Shown: positions 40,001 to 52,358 of the stretch, piece by piece
Position numbering within the stretch: position 1 is the stretch's first letter
Layout: every line of letters begins with the position of its first letter
Assembly: GCA_043228905.1 (NCBI GenBank)
Contig: JBHGNT010000122.1
Span: forward strand, 1 to 64,000
Reading direction: 5' to 3'
DNA from: Azolla caroliniana
Taxonomy: Eukaryota; Plantae; Polypodiophyta
Length of the DNA stretch: 64,000 bases
The notes under the pieces: generated by a model
Seen by the model: the letters and a program-made list of their open reading frames with translations, nothing else
Told to the model about the DNA's origin: nothing
Database searches by the model: none
Position numbers and translations under genes: made by a program

Positions 40001-40466
40001 CGACTCGGACTTCGCCGGCTGTATAGACAGTCGGAAATCAACAACCGGATACTGCTTCAAATTCGGCAATGGAGCAATTTCGTGGAAGTCGAAACTTCAG
40101 GAGTGCACAACGACCTCAACGACCGAAGCAGAATATGTAGCTGCGTCCGACGCTGCAAAAGAAGCTTTGTGGCTCGGCCGGCTGGCGCACACGTTTCGGC
40201 AAGTCGACCATGACTCGGCTCCAGTTGTCTATAGCGACAGTCAAGGTGCTGTTGCCTTGTCGAGAAATCCGGTTCACCACAACGCCTCCAAACATATCGA
40301 CGTTCGATATCACTTCGTTCGGGACTGCGTCATTTCAGGGAAAATCGGTCTAGAGAAAATATCCACAACCGACAATGTCGCAGATGGAATGACCAAGTGT
40401 CTTTCGGCAGACCGCTTTCGGTCTCTTCGGCATCAGATGGGCGTAACGACAAACCAGTCCGGTTAG
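37011..40466 (+). CDS. Copia polyprotein with truncated Gag (zinc knuckle)-PR-IN-RT-RNase H; first ATG at 37137
   Basis: CNYCKKPGHIKADC, WLLDSGAS, HRRLGH..CEHC, SDVCG..TDNGGEF..E, YVDD, YTDSD..EAEY..SDSQ. There are no stops over 1109 aa. Confidence 0.95.
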   Translation, partial: AKDSTDDAYVVQGSTDRSNIRGRDSSRQPNNQRRRSQSRDNRMCNYCKKPGHIKADCRALKNKNDKSQKSDKKSGRHEEINYVSFSADVLPNDPNILSIENPIGSEVLLTTEESSTWLLDSGASFHVTPHRSQFRQYTIRHSDSVRVGNSQHCDIIGIGTVELNLAGGSTLVLQNVRHVPELSRPLISVGQLDEDGIRAGFSSGGWTLHSGNLLLARGPKIHSLYPLHVTLREGNLFLVDIPVSSLWHRRLGHLSKAGITHLSRAGYIPKLSFSDHQFCEHCQYGKQAAASHPTSAPRETRPLDLVHSDVCGPMPHQSLGGASYFVSFIDDSTRKVWAYPIRTKDRVFSIFSDWLAMVENQTDRKLKCFRTDNGGEFKSEEFVKFCRQRGIRREFTAPHSPEQNGIAERMNRTIQERIVSMLQHSGLSDGFWAEALLTAVHIINMSPSRPLGLQIPQELWIGSKPNYDKLRIFGCEAYALIPKDDRRKLAPRFRKCIFLGYGSDGEMGYRLWDPERRQIVRSSDVVFNESAMNPSVKTPIEVRRVTFSDVPTLQEGPALNTRSASRVAEPYTTDSDNSDSAQQDNSLSDHPTSIPDTTSPIIPRRSERLSQPPERYSPGIFFTDAGEPTSYEEASTSVDSATWHLAMESEMHSIRANKTWDLVELPKNRRALPCKWVYRLKETSDSTTPKYKARLVAKGFRQEYGVDFDEIFSPVVKMTTLRFLLGVVAADNLELIQLDVKTAFLHGDLEEEIYMEQPKGFVATGQEHLVCRLRKSLYGLKQAPRQWYKKFDDFIQSIGFSKSDEDHCLFTNTTQDGSPIFLIIYVDDMLISGRHAGELADLIRQLRLKFAMKDLGPARHILGMKISRHRDKRHLFLSQTDYIGRVLERFNMQSAKSASTPLPMNLRLSQRDCPTSGPEGEDMKSVPYAPAVGSLMYLMVATRPDISHAVGVVSRFMHNPGRSHWNAVKHVFKYLAGTKDHGILFGPNSTSGVVGYTDSDFAGCIDSRKSTTGYCFKFGNGAISWKSKLQECTTTSTTEAEYVAASDAAKEALWLGRLAHTFRQVDHDSAPVVYSDSQGAVALSRNPVHHNASKHIDVRYHFVRDCVISGKIGLEKISTTDNVADGMTKCLSADRFRSLRHQMGVTTNQSG

Positions 40467-40659
40467 AGCCGGACACAGCGCAGGATGGTTTCGGACAACC
40501 GACATCAGTTCCTTAATGATCGGCTTCAACTCTTCCGACCCGACCAGTCCGGTCTTCTGCCTTCGGACACTGCCGACTCGAACAAAACTGATATGTCCGA
40601 GAACCTAGGTTTATACCTGTAATCTTAGACAACCCATGTATACGCCCATTACGGGGGAG

Positions 40660-40842
40660 TGTCGAATACAAGTGTATAATGGACGTATTCACACTATCCT
40701 TTTGTATAGCTCAAGTTTGGGCCATTTGTGTAATTAGCATAAAGGGTAGTTGCCCTAAGTTTGTCACTATATAAAGTGACCTTGTAACCTTTTTGTAAGG
40801 TTGGTTGTATTATTGTTTCTATTGAATAGAAAGTCTTTTGTG

Positions 40843-40917
<75 letters not shown>

Positions 40918-41004
40918 ACGATCTTGGAAACTGCCATATGCAGGTACTCAACTCGAATCGAATGCTATTTGATCTTCCGCATCGACACGGCCTTGTCTTC
41001 AACA
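40660..41004 (+). repeat. 3' LTR of the young Copia
   Basis: Preceded by the PPT and followed by TSD GTTGT. Confidence 0.96.
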
Positions 41005-41837
41005 GTTGTCACAAGAGAAATATGTGACAAAAGTATTGCAAAGATTTAATACGTTGGATGCAAAACCTGTTGGATTTGCATTGTTGACAAATTGTAAGCT
41101 AAATGCTAGTCAAAGTCCGAAAAGTGAGAAGGATAAGGCTAAGATGAGAAGGGTGTCGTATGCCTCGGTCGTTGGAAGCCTAATGTATGGTATGGTATGT
41201 ACTAGGCCGGACATTGTGTTAGTTGTTGGAACAGTAAGTCGTTACATGAGTAACCCTAGAAGGGAGCATTAGACAGTTGTAAAGTGGATACTCAGATATT
41301 TGAAAGGCACTTCAAGTGTATGCCTTAGGTATGGCTCTGGGAAACCTATGCTCGAAGGTTTCACATATTCTAACATGTCGAGGGATGTAGATTCCAACCG
41401 ATCCACATCAGGATATGTGATAACTTATGCAGGGGGAACTGTATCATGGCAATCAAGATTGCAAAAGGTTGTGGGCCTGTCAACCACAGAGGCCGAGTAT
41501 ATGGCTACAATGGAGGCCAGGAAAGAATTAAATTGGATGAAGAATTTTCTCAGTGAACTAGGAATGAAGCAAGAAAGATTCCTACTTCACCGTGATAACC
41601 AAAGTGCCATACATTTAGCCAAGAATGTTGCCTACCACTCTCGTACCAAGCACATACAGAGGAGGTACCATTGGTTGCGAGAGAAAGTGGATGAAAATGG
41701 CTTTACTCTAGTGAAGATCCATACTGAGGAAAATGGATTAGATATGCGTACGAAGGTTTTACCTATGGAAAAACTCAATGCTTGCTTACTGAAGACAAGT
41801 CTGGCCAACTCTACCTTACATGAGTGAAGGGGGAGTT

Positions 41838-41875
41838 TGTAAAGAATTAGATACAATTTTGTGTAACAGAAGGGT

Positions 41876-41930
<55 letters not shown>

Positions 41931-42197
41931 CAGAAAATTGTATTAACAAGGGAATACAATAACCAACAGTTACAAAGAGAAGGAGAAGGTGGTTATGTAG
42001 TCACCTTCTCTCTATGTTCTCTCACTAAAACCACCATTTGGAAAGAGATGGAGACTTAACTACCTACTAAATATGTTTCATAGGACAAGTAACTTCTATG
42101 ACACTTAGTTTATAATACAAGGGGGTGGGGTGTTCACACACTTGGGCATTCCTAAGGTGTGTTCCCACACTAGGAAAGTTGAGTTTGATTCTCAACA
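41838..42197 (-). mobile_element. Probable solo LTR of another family at the old Copia PPT/3' LTR boundary
   Basis: 360 bp with TG(TAAAGAAT)...(ATTCTCAA)CA inverted termini and an internal (CT)n(CA)n tract. It does not match the old 5' LTR, and no TSD is visible. Confidence 0.6.
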
Positions 42198-42306
42198 GGG
42201 ATCGATTGAATTGAGGATCAACCAAATTGAAGGTCATTGAGGGTCGATTGGTAGGATTGACCAGATGGTTGACCTATGGGTTTGACGGCCAAACCAACCA
42301 ATAAAC

Positions 42307-42341
<35 letters not shown>

Positions 42342-44023
42342 AGAGTATGTATGTATGTATGTATATGTATATGTCTATGTATATATGTATATGTATAGGG
42401 CAATAGGATTATCACCTTATGTATGTGAGAGCAAAGCTGAAAGTGAGCATGCAAGCGATAGAGAGCTGGGATAGCTCAAGTGAAGAAGACAAAGTGAAGA
42501 GAGAGCAACAGTGAGACAGAGAGAAGAGAGAAAGAAAGAAAGGGGCAGCCATTGTTTTGTGGAATTTGCCCAAACCCTATAAGTGGTTTCAGACAACAAT
42601 CTGTGGTACCATATACGTGAGCAGGCATTGTCATCCTATGCACCATTGTTCTATAGTAAGCTTTGTTTCCTCTCTAGTGTTTGATATGTTATTTCTTTGA
42701 GTCTTTCCCTTAGCAAGCAAGGGATTGGAGCTCCTAATTATATTGCAAATCTCTCTGAATTATTACCCTTTGGGCCATAATTAAGCATGCCAATTGATTT
42801 GTGTAATTAAACTTAATTAATGGATTAATTAACGCAAAGTAATTAGTAGTAAATCGTAATCACTAAAGAGAAAGAGAATATAAAAAAAGCTCTCTCTCAA
42901 ACTGATCTCTGTCTGTCTACCTGTCTCTCTGTCTCTGTCTCTGTCTCTGTCTCTGTCTGTCGCTCAATTCTGCTCTTCTTCTTCGATCGATCGATCGATC
43001 GATCGAATCGTCGAGCGGTCGTGACGTCGCCTGTTCGATCCTCCGAAGCTTTCCTTCTGAGAATCGGATGTTTTCCTGCAGGAAACTAGAAGTAGCTGGA
43101 CGCTTTTACCCCCTCAGTAACTGAAAGCTTCTATGCAGAAAGCTCGAAGCTTTTATTCAGGAGATTTGCAGCGTTTCTTACAGAAAATTCGAATCTTTTC
43201 TTCAGGAAATTGCAATATTTCCTCATTAGGTTCCAAGTATTGATCCTTCCCTCCTTCTGTTTCTTTCTTCCTTTCTTTCTCTGTCTTCAATCTGCCTTTC
43301 TGATTCCGTTCCTCTTAAAGCTCTTCTAGTCTAAGGAATCGTCTCAGCTTCGATATCCATCCTCCTACAGTCGTTGTCTCTTGCTGAAAAATCCAGACTT
43401 TTTGTCAGAAATTGCAGGTATATTTGATCTATCCCTTCCCCTTTTCAAGAGATTGATATAATCTGATTTGTTTTGACTGGTCTATAACAGTTAACTTCTC
43501 CACTTGTTTCCTTTGTATTTCTTCTATATCTCAGTTTCCCTTCTTGATTCCATTCCCTTAAAAACTCTGACCACTTTCATCCGTTTCTATACCGCTTTGG
43601 TGCGTTTATCAGCTTCGATCTTTCATTCGGCTTCAAGCATTGTTTCTTTCCTGTCTGGAAGTCAACCTTTTAGCCAGAAACTTCAGTTATTGATCTTATT
43701 GATTCTCTTTAACTTTTTCTGTTCAGTTTCTCACTATGTATCCATATATTTCCTTTTGTTTCTCTCCCACGATTCTCCTTTCCTGGCGTTCGTTCCCATT
43801 ATTAAACTTTGTCTCTGTTTCGTCTATTTCAGACAATTTTTTTCCGAGTCTTTCTTTCTTTACCTTTCCCTCAACGTTTCACTTCTGTGCTGTTTCTCGT
43901 TTTCCTTCCACAATCTTTTCTTCACTTCTTTCTCCTTTCATCCTTCCGCTAAAATATTACTCAAATTTATCTGTTTCCCCCCCCTTCAGACCGTTTCCAG
44001 AAGATTGAAGGCGTGTTAAGACG

Positions 44024-47000
44024 ATGACAGATCTTCTGGAAGATGGATCAACTGGTGGTGAATCATGGCAGGGTAAAGCTTTCGAGGAACCCGAACACTC
44101 TTGCTGTGAATGGTACTTCGCAAGAGAATACATCGAAAGCTCATCGCCTTCTCGTCAGGATGGCATTGATGCCGCGAAGGAGGCATACCTTCGCAAGTCA
44201 TATTGTACCTTTCTCCAAGACCTGGGAATGCGCCTCAAAGTGTATGCCTCTTTCTTGTTGAAACTTTTATACAGTACAGTTGTGGAAAGGAGCTTTCTGT
44301 TTTCTTTCTTTTTGAATCTTTATATATTATTGTGGTGTAGAGAACTTTCTCCTTTCTTGTCTTGTTTAATCGTTATATAGTTCTGGAATGACCTTTGTAT
44401 GGTCTATATAGATGGATTATGGTTTAGAATTGAGATGATTCTATGTACTGGCCTACTGAGTTAGCACATCCTTTCTAGTGCTCCCAAAACTGTATATACC
44501 CAGGTAAATCTGGCCTCGGCAGTATCCCTCATAGAAAATTTGAGCCCAATAAAAACTAATCCAAGGTAGGTCAAAGACTAATATACTCCACTATGGCCTG
44601 TCATATGTGAAAACGGGTGCGGGTGCTGATTTCTGATATATTGTGATGTAGTTAAACACCATACCCAAGGTTAACTGATTGGTCACTCTCACATGCATAA
44701 GCATGCAATGCATCGAGATGTCTTTGCGTGCCATTGGCAGAAGAGGATGCAATGAAAATAAATATCATTATGTACATTTCAGCTGCTAAACGTATGGAGA
44801 ATGGAGGGGAATTTAAAATAGAGATTCCTCAGCTGAGATAAAGAATTTAGGAGTTTCCTAGAGATGGAAATATCATTCTTATTGGTGGCTATTGATGCAT
44901 TGACTTCTCAAATATCAGACTTCACACATATTATAGAGTATTTTTTTGCTCTCCACATTTGCATGCAAATAATTCAACTAGAATGATGTCTCTTGTGCTT
45001 GCAGACTAAAAAATGTCATCGTAAAGTGGTACTAGGGTGATTTCCCATCAAGTGCTAACCTTGAGTATGCAGATGTAAAGCAGCAAACTATGAGATATAT
45101 GTGTGCGGGTGCGCATGTGAGGCCCTGCCTGCATATTCATATCCACTTATAGTGTGCATTCACAGCTTTATATACTACCTAAAATTTCTTTTGCAATTTT
45201 CTCTATACAATGTAGCTATTCCACTCGATCTTCTAGTGGCATTTGCAATGTATGGATGAGGTCGTCAAGACATAAGACTCCCAATACCATTTGAAGTCTG
45301 TTGCCTATACATTCGGAAGTCTCAGTTTACGTGTCAATGCCCCATGCCCTTATTTCTGAAGGTATCCTCAAAGTAAAGGCTCATAGGCCATGGCCTGTCA
45401 TGGAAGCCTTCTCTCTGTTATAATCAGTTTTTTGTCTCGATAGATTGCCTGCCTTTCCTCATTCCTTACATCAAGCATGTAAGGCATCTGCTCTTTACCT
45501 TGAGCCCCTTCTGCTGGTGTAAGATCCTCATCATACCATGTTTTTTCTTCTTTTAGGGCCTTTCTCTTAGAAAAGCTCATTTTTACATGTCCTCCAAACT
45601 GTAAGATGACATCTTTCTCAACTCTCTATACTGACATAATGGGAATTTCTGAGGCCCTTAATTCTGATCCCAATGTCTTTGCATCCTTGTGGGGTCACAT
45701 TTTTCTGCCACCCACTACCTCTCAAACGAAGGCACCTGGTTTCCTTTTTACTCTTCTTCTAATAATGCATCCATCTCTTACTCGTTTGTGCTCTACAGCT
45801 ACTTCTAACCAAGGTGCAGTTGGTTTATTCTTTTGTACAATCTCGCATGACATTCATTGTAGTTATTTCAACACAATTTGATTGTATTTAAGCTTGTGAG
45901 ACTTCAACCGTATCCTATTGATCTTCACTATAGATTGATTGATTTTAGCTCTTAAGGTTTCTTGTACTTCTCTCTTGGGGAGGCTGCACACATTAGTTCT
46001 TTTCTTTTCTGATCCCCTTTCCATTGCCTTTCTTCTTTCAAGTCATGCTATATATCAAAGCCCATGCAATCAATTTTTCTATCAATAATTTCTCTTAGTG
46101 CATATCTTTACTTTGTTTGAATCTAATTCTAAATGCATTTTTGATACCTTTTGTGCTCTTTGAGCAAGCGTAGGGATATTAGGCTATCAGAGATTAATGC
46201 CACAAAGATCATGGCCATGGAGATTAATGCATAGGAAAGAAGTTTGTTCGTAGATATGAGAGTGTTGTGCTTTTCCAGAAAGAACTACAGTGTAGGATCA
46301 AAGCAACCTTAAAAAGATTCAAACCCTTGGTATGTTTCTTTGTATGCAATTCAACCGCAAAGAGTAGCCCATCTTACTGTATACATCTTTCGACTATGTG
46401 GAGTTAGATATACTGTAGATGCATGGGAGATAGGACAAAATGCTGGGCAGGCTTCTCTTGAATCACCATGAGAGGATATCATACTTTATTCTACATTAGT
46501 CTGCATTCTTCTTAGGGGAGGTATCAATGATGAAACCTTTATTGTGACATGCGACATGGAGCACTCCAAGTTATCAACAGAAGGTCTCTAGAGATTCAGG
46601 GACAGATAAGGCATGATATCAATCTCATCTCTTTGAACTTGCTAGCCGACATCACCATTCTTGGTGTCTACTATCTATAAAGGAATGGCTCCATAACTTG
46701 ACTTGGGAGGCTTGATTTACTTCAAGTCAGTTGGAAAAGTTAATATATGTTGGACAACCAATGCAATCAAAGTGATAATCATGGATGAGAAGTGAAACTA
46801 ATATTACCTAATGCCACAGTAACTCAAGCCTTGCATTATAGAGTAGAAGTGTAGGGAGGTATTGTCCCCCTTAATGCATGCAACGAGATTGAAAAGATTG
46901 AAAAGATGTTTTTAAGGAGACAATTGCGAATTAATTCCACCACCTCTTACTAGGGTATGTTCTTTGAAACATGTGTTCGATTAATAGAGATATTGGCATT

Positions 47001-48014
47001 ATTATGAGTAACAATATATATATTCAAAAGTTAAGAATATGCCAAATCATAGATTACCACTTGTTGCTTGGAATGCTGGATGTAAACTATGAAAGAATCA
47101 CTTGTTGCCAAATCATCTCGTTGGGTAGGTGACATAAAAAAGTGGTTCAAAAGATGGGGTGTGGAAGATCTCTTAGAGCTTGTAAGTGGTGTTATGCAAT
47201 TTATAGTTATCAAGAAAAGGTTAATGAAACCGATAAGGAAGAAGTGGGAAGATGCTGAAAGGACAAAATTAGAATATCACACTGCAAACATCAGTCCTGA
47301 ATGTTGGGTTCATATATAAGGTAGGAACGCCTTACTAACATGAGTATAAACTCTCATAGAGCCCTCACACTCCTTAGCATTCAATCCCACAAGCTAAATT
47401 GCGTTATAACATCAAAATGCGTGAAATATAAAGCATGTAAGATATGCAAGGAAAGGCTAGTAGAGGATAAATATCACTTGCTTTTAACATGCTCAACATA
47501 TAGAGTAATTTGTAAAAACTATGACAATATATTAGGAGGTGGTGATGAATTGAGTGGCACACCAAAGAGAAGACCTAAAAGGTTGAGCTCATATATGGAT
47601 GCCTTATTTACACATTGAGACTTAATGCTTTGAAGTATGAATATCAAGGGAACTTGTATACTCAGATCCCATGGGTTAATATTGGCCTCTCTATTGACAC
47701 CAAAAGATATCCATCTATCTCAAATGCAAAATAAGCTTTTATTCCTGCTTCCAAGTGGGAAGTTGCGCATTTATTCCATCTACAATTGGCGTGATAGAAA
47801 GGACGATATATTAACATCCACTAGAGGCCAAAACTGGTAGAAGGATTATTATCTTAATGCATGATGTGCAATGATTATTGTTATATATACATATATATAT
47901 GTATACGATTGGAGTGAAAGAAAGGAAGATATATTAACATCTACTAGAAACCAAAATTGGTAGAATTATTATTATCTTAATGCATGATGTGCAATGATTA
48001 TTGCTATATATACA

Positions 48015-48071
<57 letters not shown>

Positions 48072-50727
48072 AGATCGAGATCAAATTCAGGCCACAAGTG
48101 ACAATAGCTACAGCGATAATGTTTTGTCATCGGTTTTTTCTACGGAAATCACATGCCAAGAATGACAGATATGTAAGTTCATGTTCCTAAAGCTTTAATC
48201 TTCATTTTTTTGTTTTTTATAATTAAAGATGTCATGACAATATGATTTCTCTATGTAATAAATATGCATCTTGAATGGCTCTTTTATAGTTAAAAGTGTG
48301 TTTGAAGCATTCTTTTTACTAGACAGGGGATTTAGTAGATTTATTGGGAAATGGAACAGATTGATGGATTTGTTCATTCCCATTTTCAGTAAGTCATGGT
48401 ATTCATAATTACCATTGAAGAAAGTCATAACTCAAAATGTATGCTTTTTATCAATCAAAACAGTGGGTTATTGAGGACACCATTGATTCAGATTTTTTAA
48501 CATCGAAATGTCCATGATAATATTTACACAGATGGAATTTATAATAATGGGAAAATTCTGGTGCCATTCAGTTATTAGGTATAAGTTATAATGGTTTGAA
48601 ATAAATAGGAATGCACACTATTCAATTTTCATTATTGCCACTGCATGACCAAGGTGATTTTAGTTGGTAGGAAACACAAAATGAATATGAGTAGGGAAAC
48701 TAAAGTAATGAACTATTGCTAATTGAAATACTGATACCACTATTACTGTGATGAAAACTAAAACTCTAAATTGCATTTGGACATCACTTTCTTCACGTTG
48801 TTTTATTCTCATCAAGACTGTAGATTGTAGGAGTACAATTAACTTATAACTCAGCATCATTCAAATTTTGAATTTTACAAATATCTGAACAAAGTATTTT
48901 GTCATTCATGTTCTGAGCTGGCTACATTGAGGAGATAAGTAAGGCATGTTAGCCTTTTTTTCTATGGATGACTATTCTTCTCATTCTTTGATTGCAATGT
49001 CCTTAGGTCTCAACACAACCCATTCTGGTACCTAAAGCTGGTGCTCTTCTATTTTGCAAACCATATTTTTTACCAATATTATATATTAACAACTTAACAA
49101 ACTTGACTCCATTTAGAAAGTGTCTTCGTGGGATGCCAACAATGACCATCATGAGAATGGCCGTTGGACAGAAGTCATTATTTTCATATACTGGGCTCAG
49201 GGACTACCCTTGTATTGGGGTTTAATAAGTTGAAATGTATGAAACGTTAATGGAACATGATATTTAGAGATTCGTAAACTATTGGTGTTAGAAAAAACTC
49301 ATCGATCACTATTGCATTGGGTCTCAAGTGGAAGTAGTTGCCTGCAGGTGATTGCAACTGTTTGTATGTTCTTGGCTGGAAAAGTTGAAGAGACTCCAAA
49401 ACTGCTTCAAAATGTAATCTGTGTTGCATATGAAATAAGACACAGAAAAGACCCAGCAGCAGTTCAACGAATTAAGATGAAGGTGAGTAGAGAAAGCAAT
49501 TTTGTTCTTTTTTGGCCATCATGAAGACATCTATTATCTTTTACCAGGAAGTTCTGGAGCAAGAGAAAGAGCTTGCACTTTTAGCAGAATATCATGTTCT
49601 TTCCACTTTGGAGTTTGATCTAAATATCCATCATCCGTATAAACCTCTTGTTGCTGCTATTAAGAAGTTCAAAGTTGCCCAACATGCCCTTGCTCAAGTT
49701 GCTTGGAATTTTATTAATGATGGGTATGGTTTAATATTGTACAGTCAACATTTCAACGCTTTTATTTGCTAGGACAGCAGTCAACTCAGCTATGAATATT
49801 TCAGGTTGCGCACGTCACTTTGCTTACAATTTAAAGCTCATCAGATTGCTGCGGGGGCGATCTTTCTTGCTGCGAAGTTTTTAAAAGTGAAACTACCTTC
49901 CATTGGTAAAAAACCTTGGTGGCAAGAGTTTGATGTTACTCCTAGACAGCTAGAAGGTGAAGACAATGGTTTACATGATATATTCCAGTATTATGCGTTC
50001 TGTGTAAGGCTTTTTAGAAAATGTTGGGTTTCCTTTATTTCTTACAGATGTAAGCAACCAAATGCTTGAATTATATGAACAAAATAGGGAGATTCCTGCT
50101 ACTCGCCCTGCTGGCTCTATGAATCATGATAAAAAGGCTGTAAATGCTCTACCACCTGGTACACCACAGGTTGTGGAGAAGAGATCAACTGTTGATGTGA
50201 AGCCAAAAACAGCGGTAGAGTCAAGCCAGCGGCCATATAACCAGGGAGAAGCTAAGGCATCTTCTGCTGAGTTGGAGCAAGTAAATATAGAAAAGCTCAA
50301 AACTGCAGTAGAGAAGAGAAGAAAGCTAAAAGCAGAAGGTGGAGGAGTGACCAAGTCCAAACTAGAGCTGACTGATGAAGAGGAACTGCTTGAAAGGGAG
50401 ATGGAAAATGGGCGCAAAGATGGTTATCCAGAGAATGCTTCTCATGGACATGTACATAAGAATACAGATCACTATGCTCATTTTTCTAACACAGAAGGTG
50501 GTGGATCGTTAAATGTCGTTTCTTATACAGACATGGATGAAGATTTAGAAATTGATCATGTTGAAAGCTCTTCAGAGAATAAGTCACGACATTCACATGT
50601 GAAGGATTATCATCACACATCTCGAACTCAACGAATGGATAAACTTGATTATCACCATCGGCGCCCAAAATGCAGAGACATGCAGGAAAGAGAACATAAA
50701 AGGTCTCGTCATGAGCAAGTCAATTAA
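44024..50727 (+). CDS. CYCT1: Cyclin T1 (P-TEFb cyclin), 6 exons
   Basis: Exons 44024-44241 ([32 protein letters not shown]), 48091-48172 ([27 protein letters not shown]), 49348-49482 ([13 protein letters not shown]), 49548-49723, 49805-49956 and 50048-50727, all GT-AG. Confidence 0.92.
46800..47620 (+). mobile_element. Degenerate LINE 3' fragment in cyclin T intron 1
   Basis: [22 protein letters not shown] zinc finger, homologous to the fragment at 14.5-15.1 kb. Confidence 0.7.
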
Positions 50728-52358
50728 TTGTGTTGTTGCATTATAATACAAATCGAGGTATGCTGGATTTCATAGCATATGCAACATACTACACTGCAAA
50801 GCCACAAATGAGGACGATAGAATTTCTTATGCAATCACCAGGGGAACAGTTTTTGGGGATAGTATATATGATAATATTGGGTCTCTCTATTAGCTATCAG
50901 ACAGTGCTGTAATAAGGTTTTGGGGGGTATAAGTAGGTGAACCTAATCTTGTATCATGAGTTATTTTGGAGAGATCTGTTCAAAAGCCACTGAAAGTGCG
51001 TTAATAACTTGTCCTTTATGGTCTCATGCCTCAAGGGTGGAACTGCATGGATCATATTCGTATAGAATAGTGAGGACACTCCAATCGAAATATTGGATGA
51101 GTACATGTGGTAATGGTGATGATGAGTCTTATTTTTCATACCAAGTATTCTGAGCCTATAAAAGATTTCTTCTGACCTTTGTGCTGTTACAATTCTGGCA
51201 ATCACTTACACACATTGGTTGAATGGGAATGAGAAATTTCCAAGTAGCTTTGTGTAACATGTAAGTTCAACAATTATGTAAAAAACATTTTGAAACTGTA
51301 AAGATGCTCGTTGGATAGAAATATATTTTCATTTGTTTGTCTTTGGTATTTTGGGTTTATGGATGGTTGATTTGCTAAGAAATGATAAAATATGCCTGCT
51401 CTTGTTCTAGCCCTATATTTAAGGCTGGCTGGTTCCCCCATGCCTTTCATATGATCTTGGAAAATGGAGATGTAAGCATTATTGAAAATTGGCTTTGATA
51501 TATCTGTTGCATTGCAAATGTGAGATATGCCAAATTGAACGAAATGTTGATGTGCCCTTTTAAACGCTTGCTACAACTTTTCTTTCTAGTTTTTGTGCAC
51601 AACAAGACACTCTTCACACATGTATATAGAGATCCATATAGACATTGAAGCTTTGATTAATTACAATATAGCTCAAATTCACATAATGTCATTTCAAGAA
51701 CACAAGTTCACACAAGGTGACAAAGTGCATCTTAGTTTGTGGGTACTTAATGTGCATATTGTTAAGTATTATAGTTATAAATGTGCGTCTTATTTTTTGT
51801 GCTTGCTCTACATCCTAATCATGGTATGTGACCATTTAGTTTGACATCACAATACCATCTTTCTCTCTTTCTCAAGATCATAGAGACTATAAGCCGTTAA
51901 CTTGATGTTGTATCTTACAAGGATGCCCTTCTTGGTATTCGCGTCTAATTGTTTCCTATGCTTATTAAGTACATGCACACAATGATATGTAAAATTGGAC
52001 CTTCACAAATGAGTTTGCATGAGTAAGTAATAATGAAGACAATAGTGAGCAAGATCAATAAAGAGATGTTTGCTTCCAAAAGTTGTGCCTTCTTTATAAG
52101 ACAATGCACCCAATAATATGTACAACTGAACCTTCATAGATGAGTTTGCATGACTAATTAATAATGAAGACAATAGAAAACAAGATCAATATAGAGAATT
52201 TGTTCCCTTCCAAAAGTTGTGCCTTCTTTTCTATAGTGCGAATCATTAGTGCACTTCATTTTGAAAAAAATTGGTTCAAAAGGTCTTGATGTTACAAGCA
52301 TGACCATAACTTATCCCATGGTAAGTTGTACCATTGGATTCTAAACATGAGAATAACA

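Larger units (their letters stand above)
32664..41004 (+). mobile_element. Very young Ty1/Copia element nested in the old Copia RT, carrying a Penelope-like insert in place of 5' gag
   Basis: LTRs 32664-32976 and 40660-41004 (TG..CA) are identical by eye except (CT)19 vs (CT)35. TSD GTTGT at 32659-32663 and 41005-41009. PBS TGGTATCAGAGC at 32979-32990. PPT ACGGGGGAG directly before 40660. Confidence 0.96.
28900..42724 (+). mobile_element. Old degenerate Ty1/Copia element (outer layer of the nest)
   Basis: 5' LTR 28900-29659 followed by a decayed Met-PBS. gag-pol has stops and frameshifts (WVVDSGAS protease, integrase, [15 protein letters not shown], RNase H 41006-41827). PPT GAGTGAAGGGGGAG at 41822-41835. 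The diverged, truncated 3' LTR (~42200-42724) matches 28980-29506. Confidence 0.88.
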
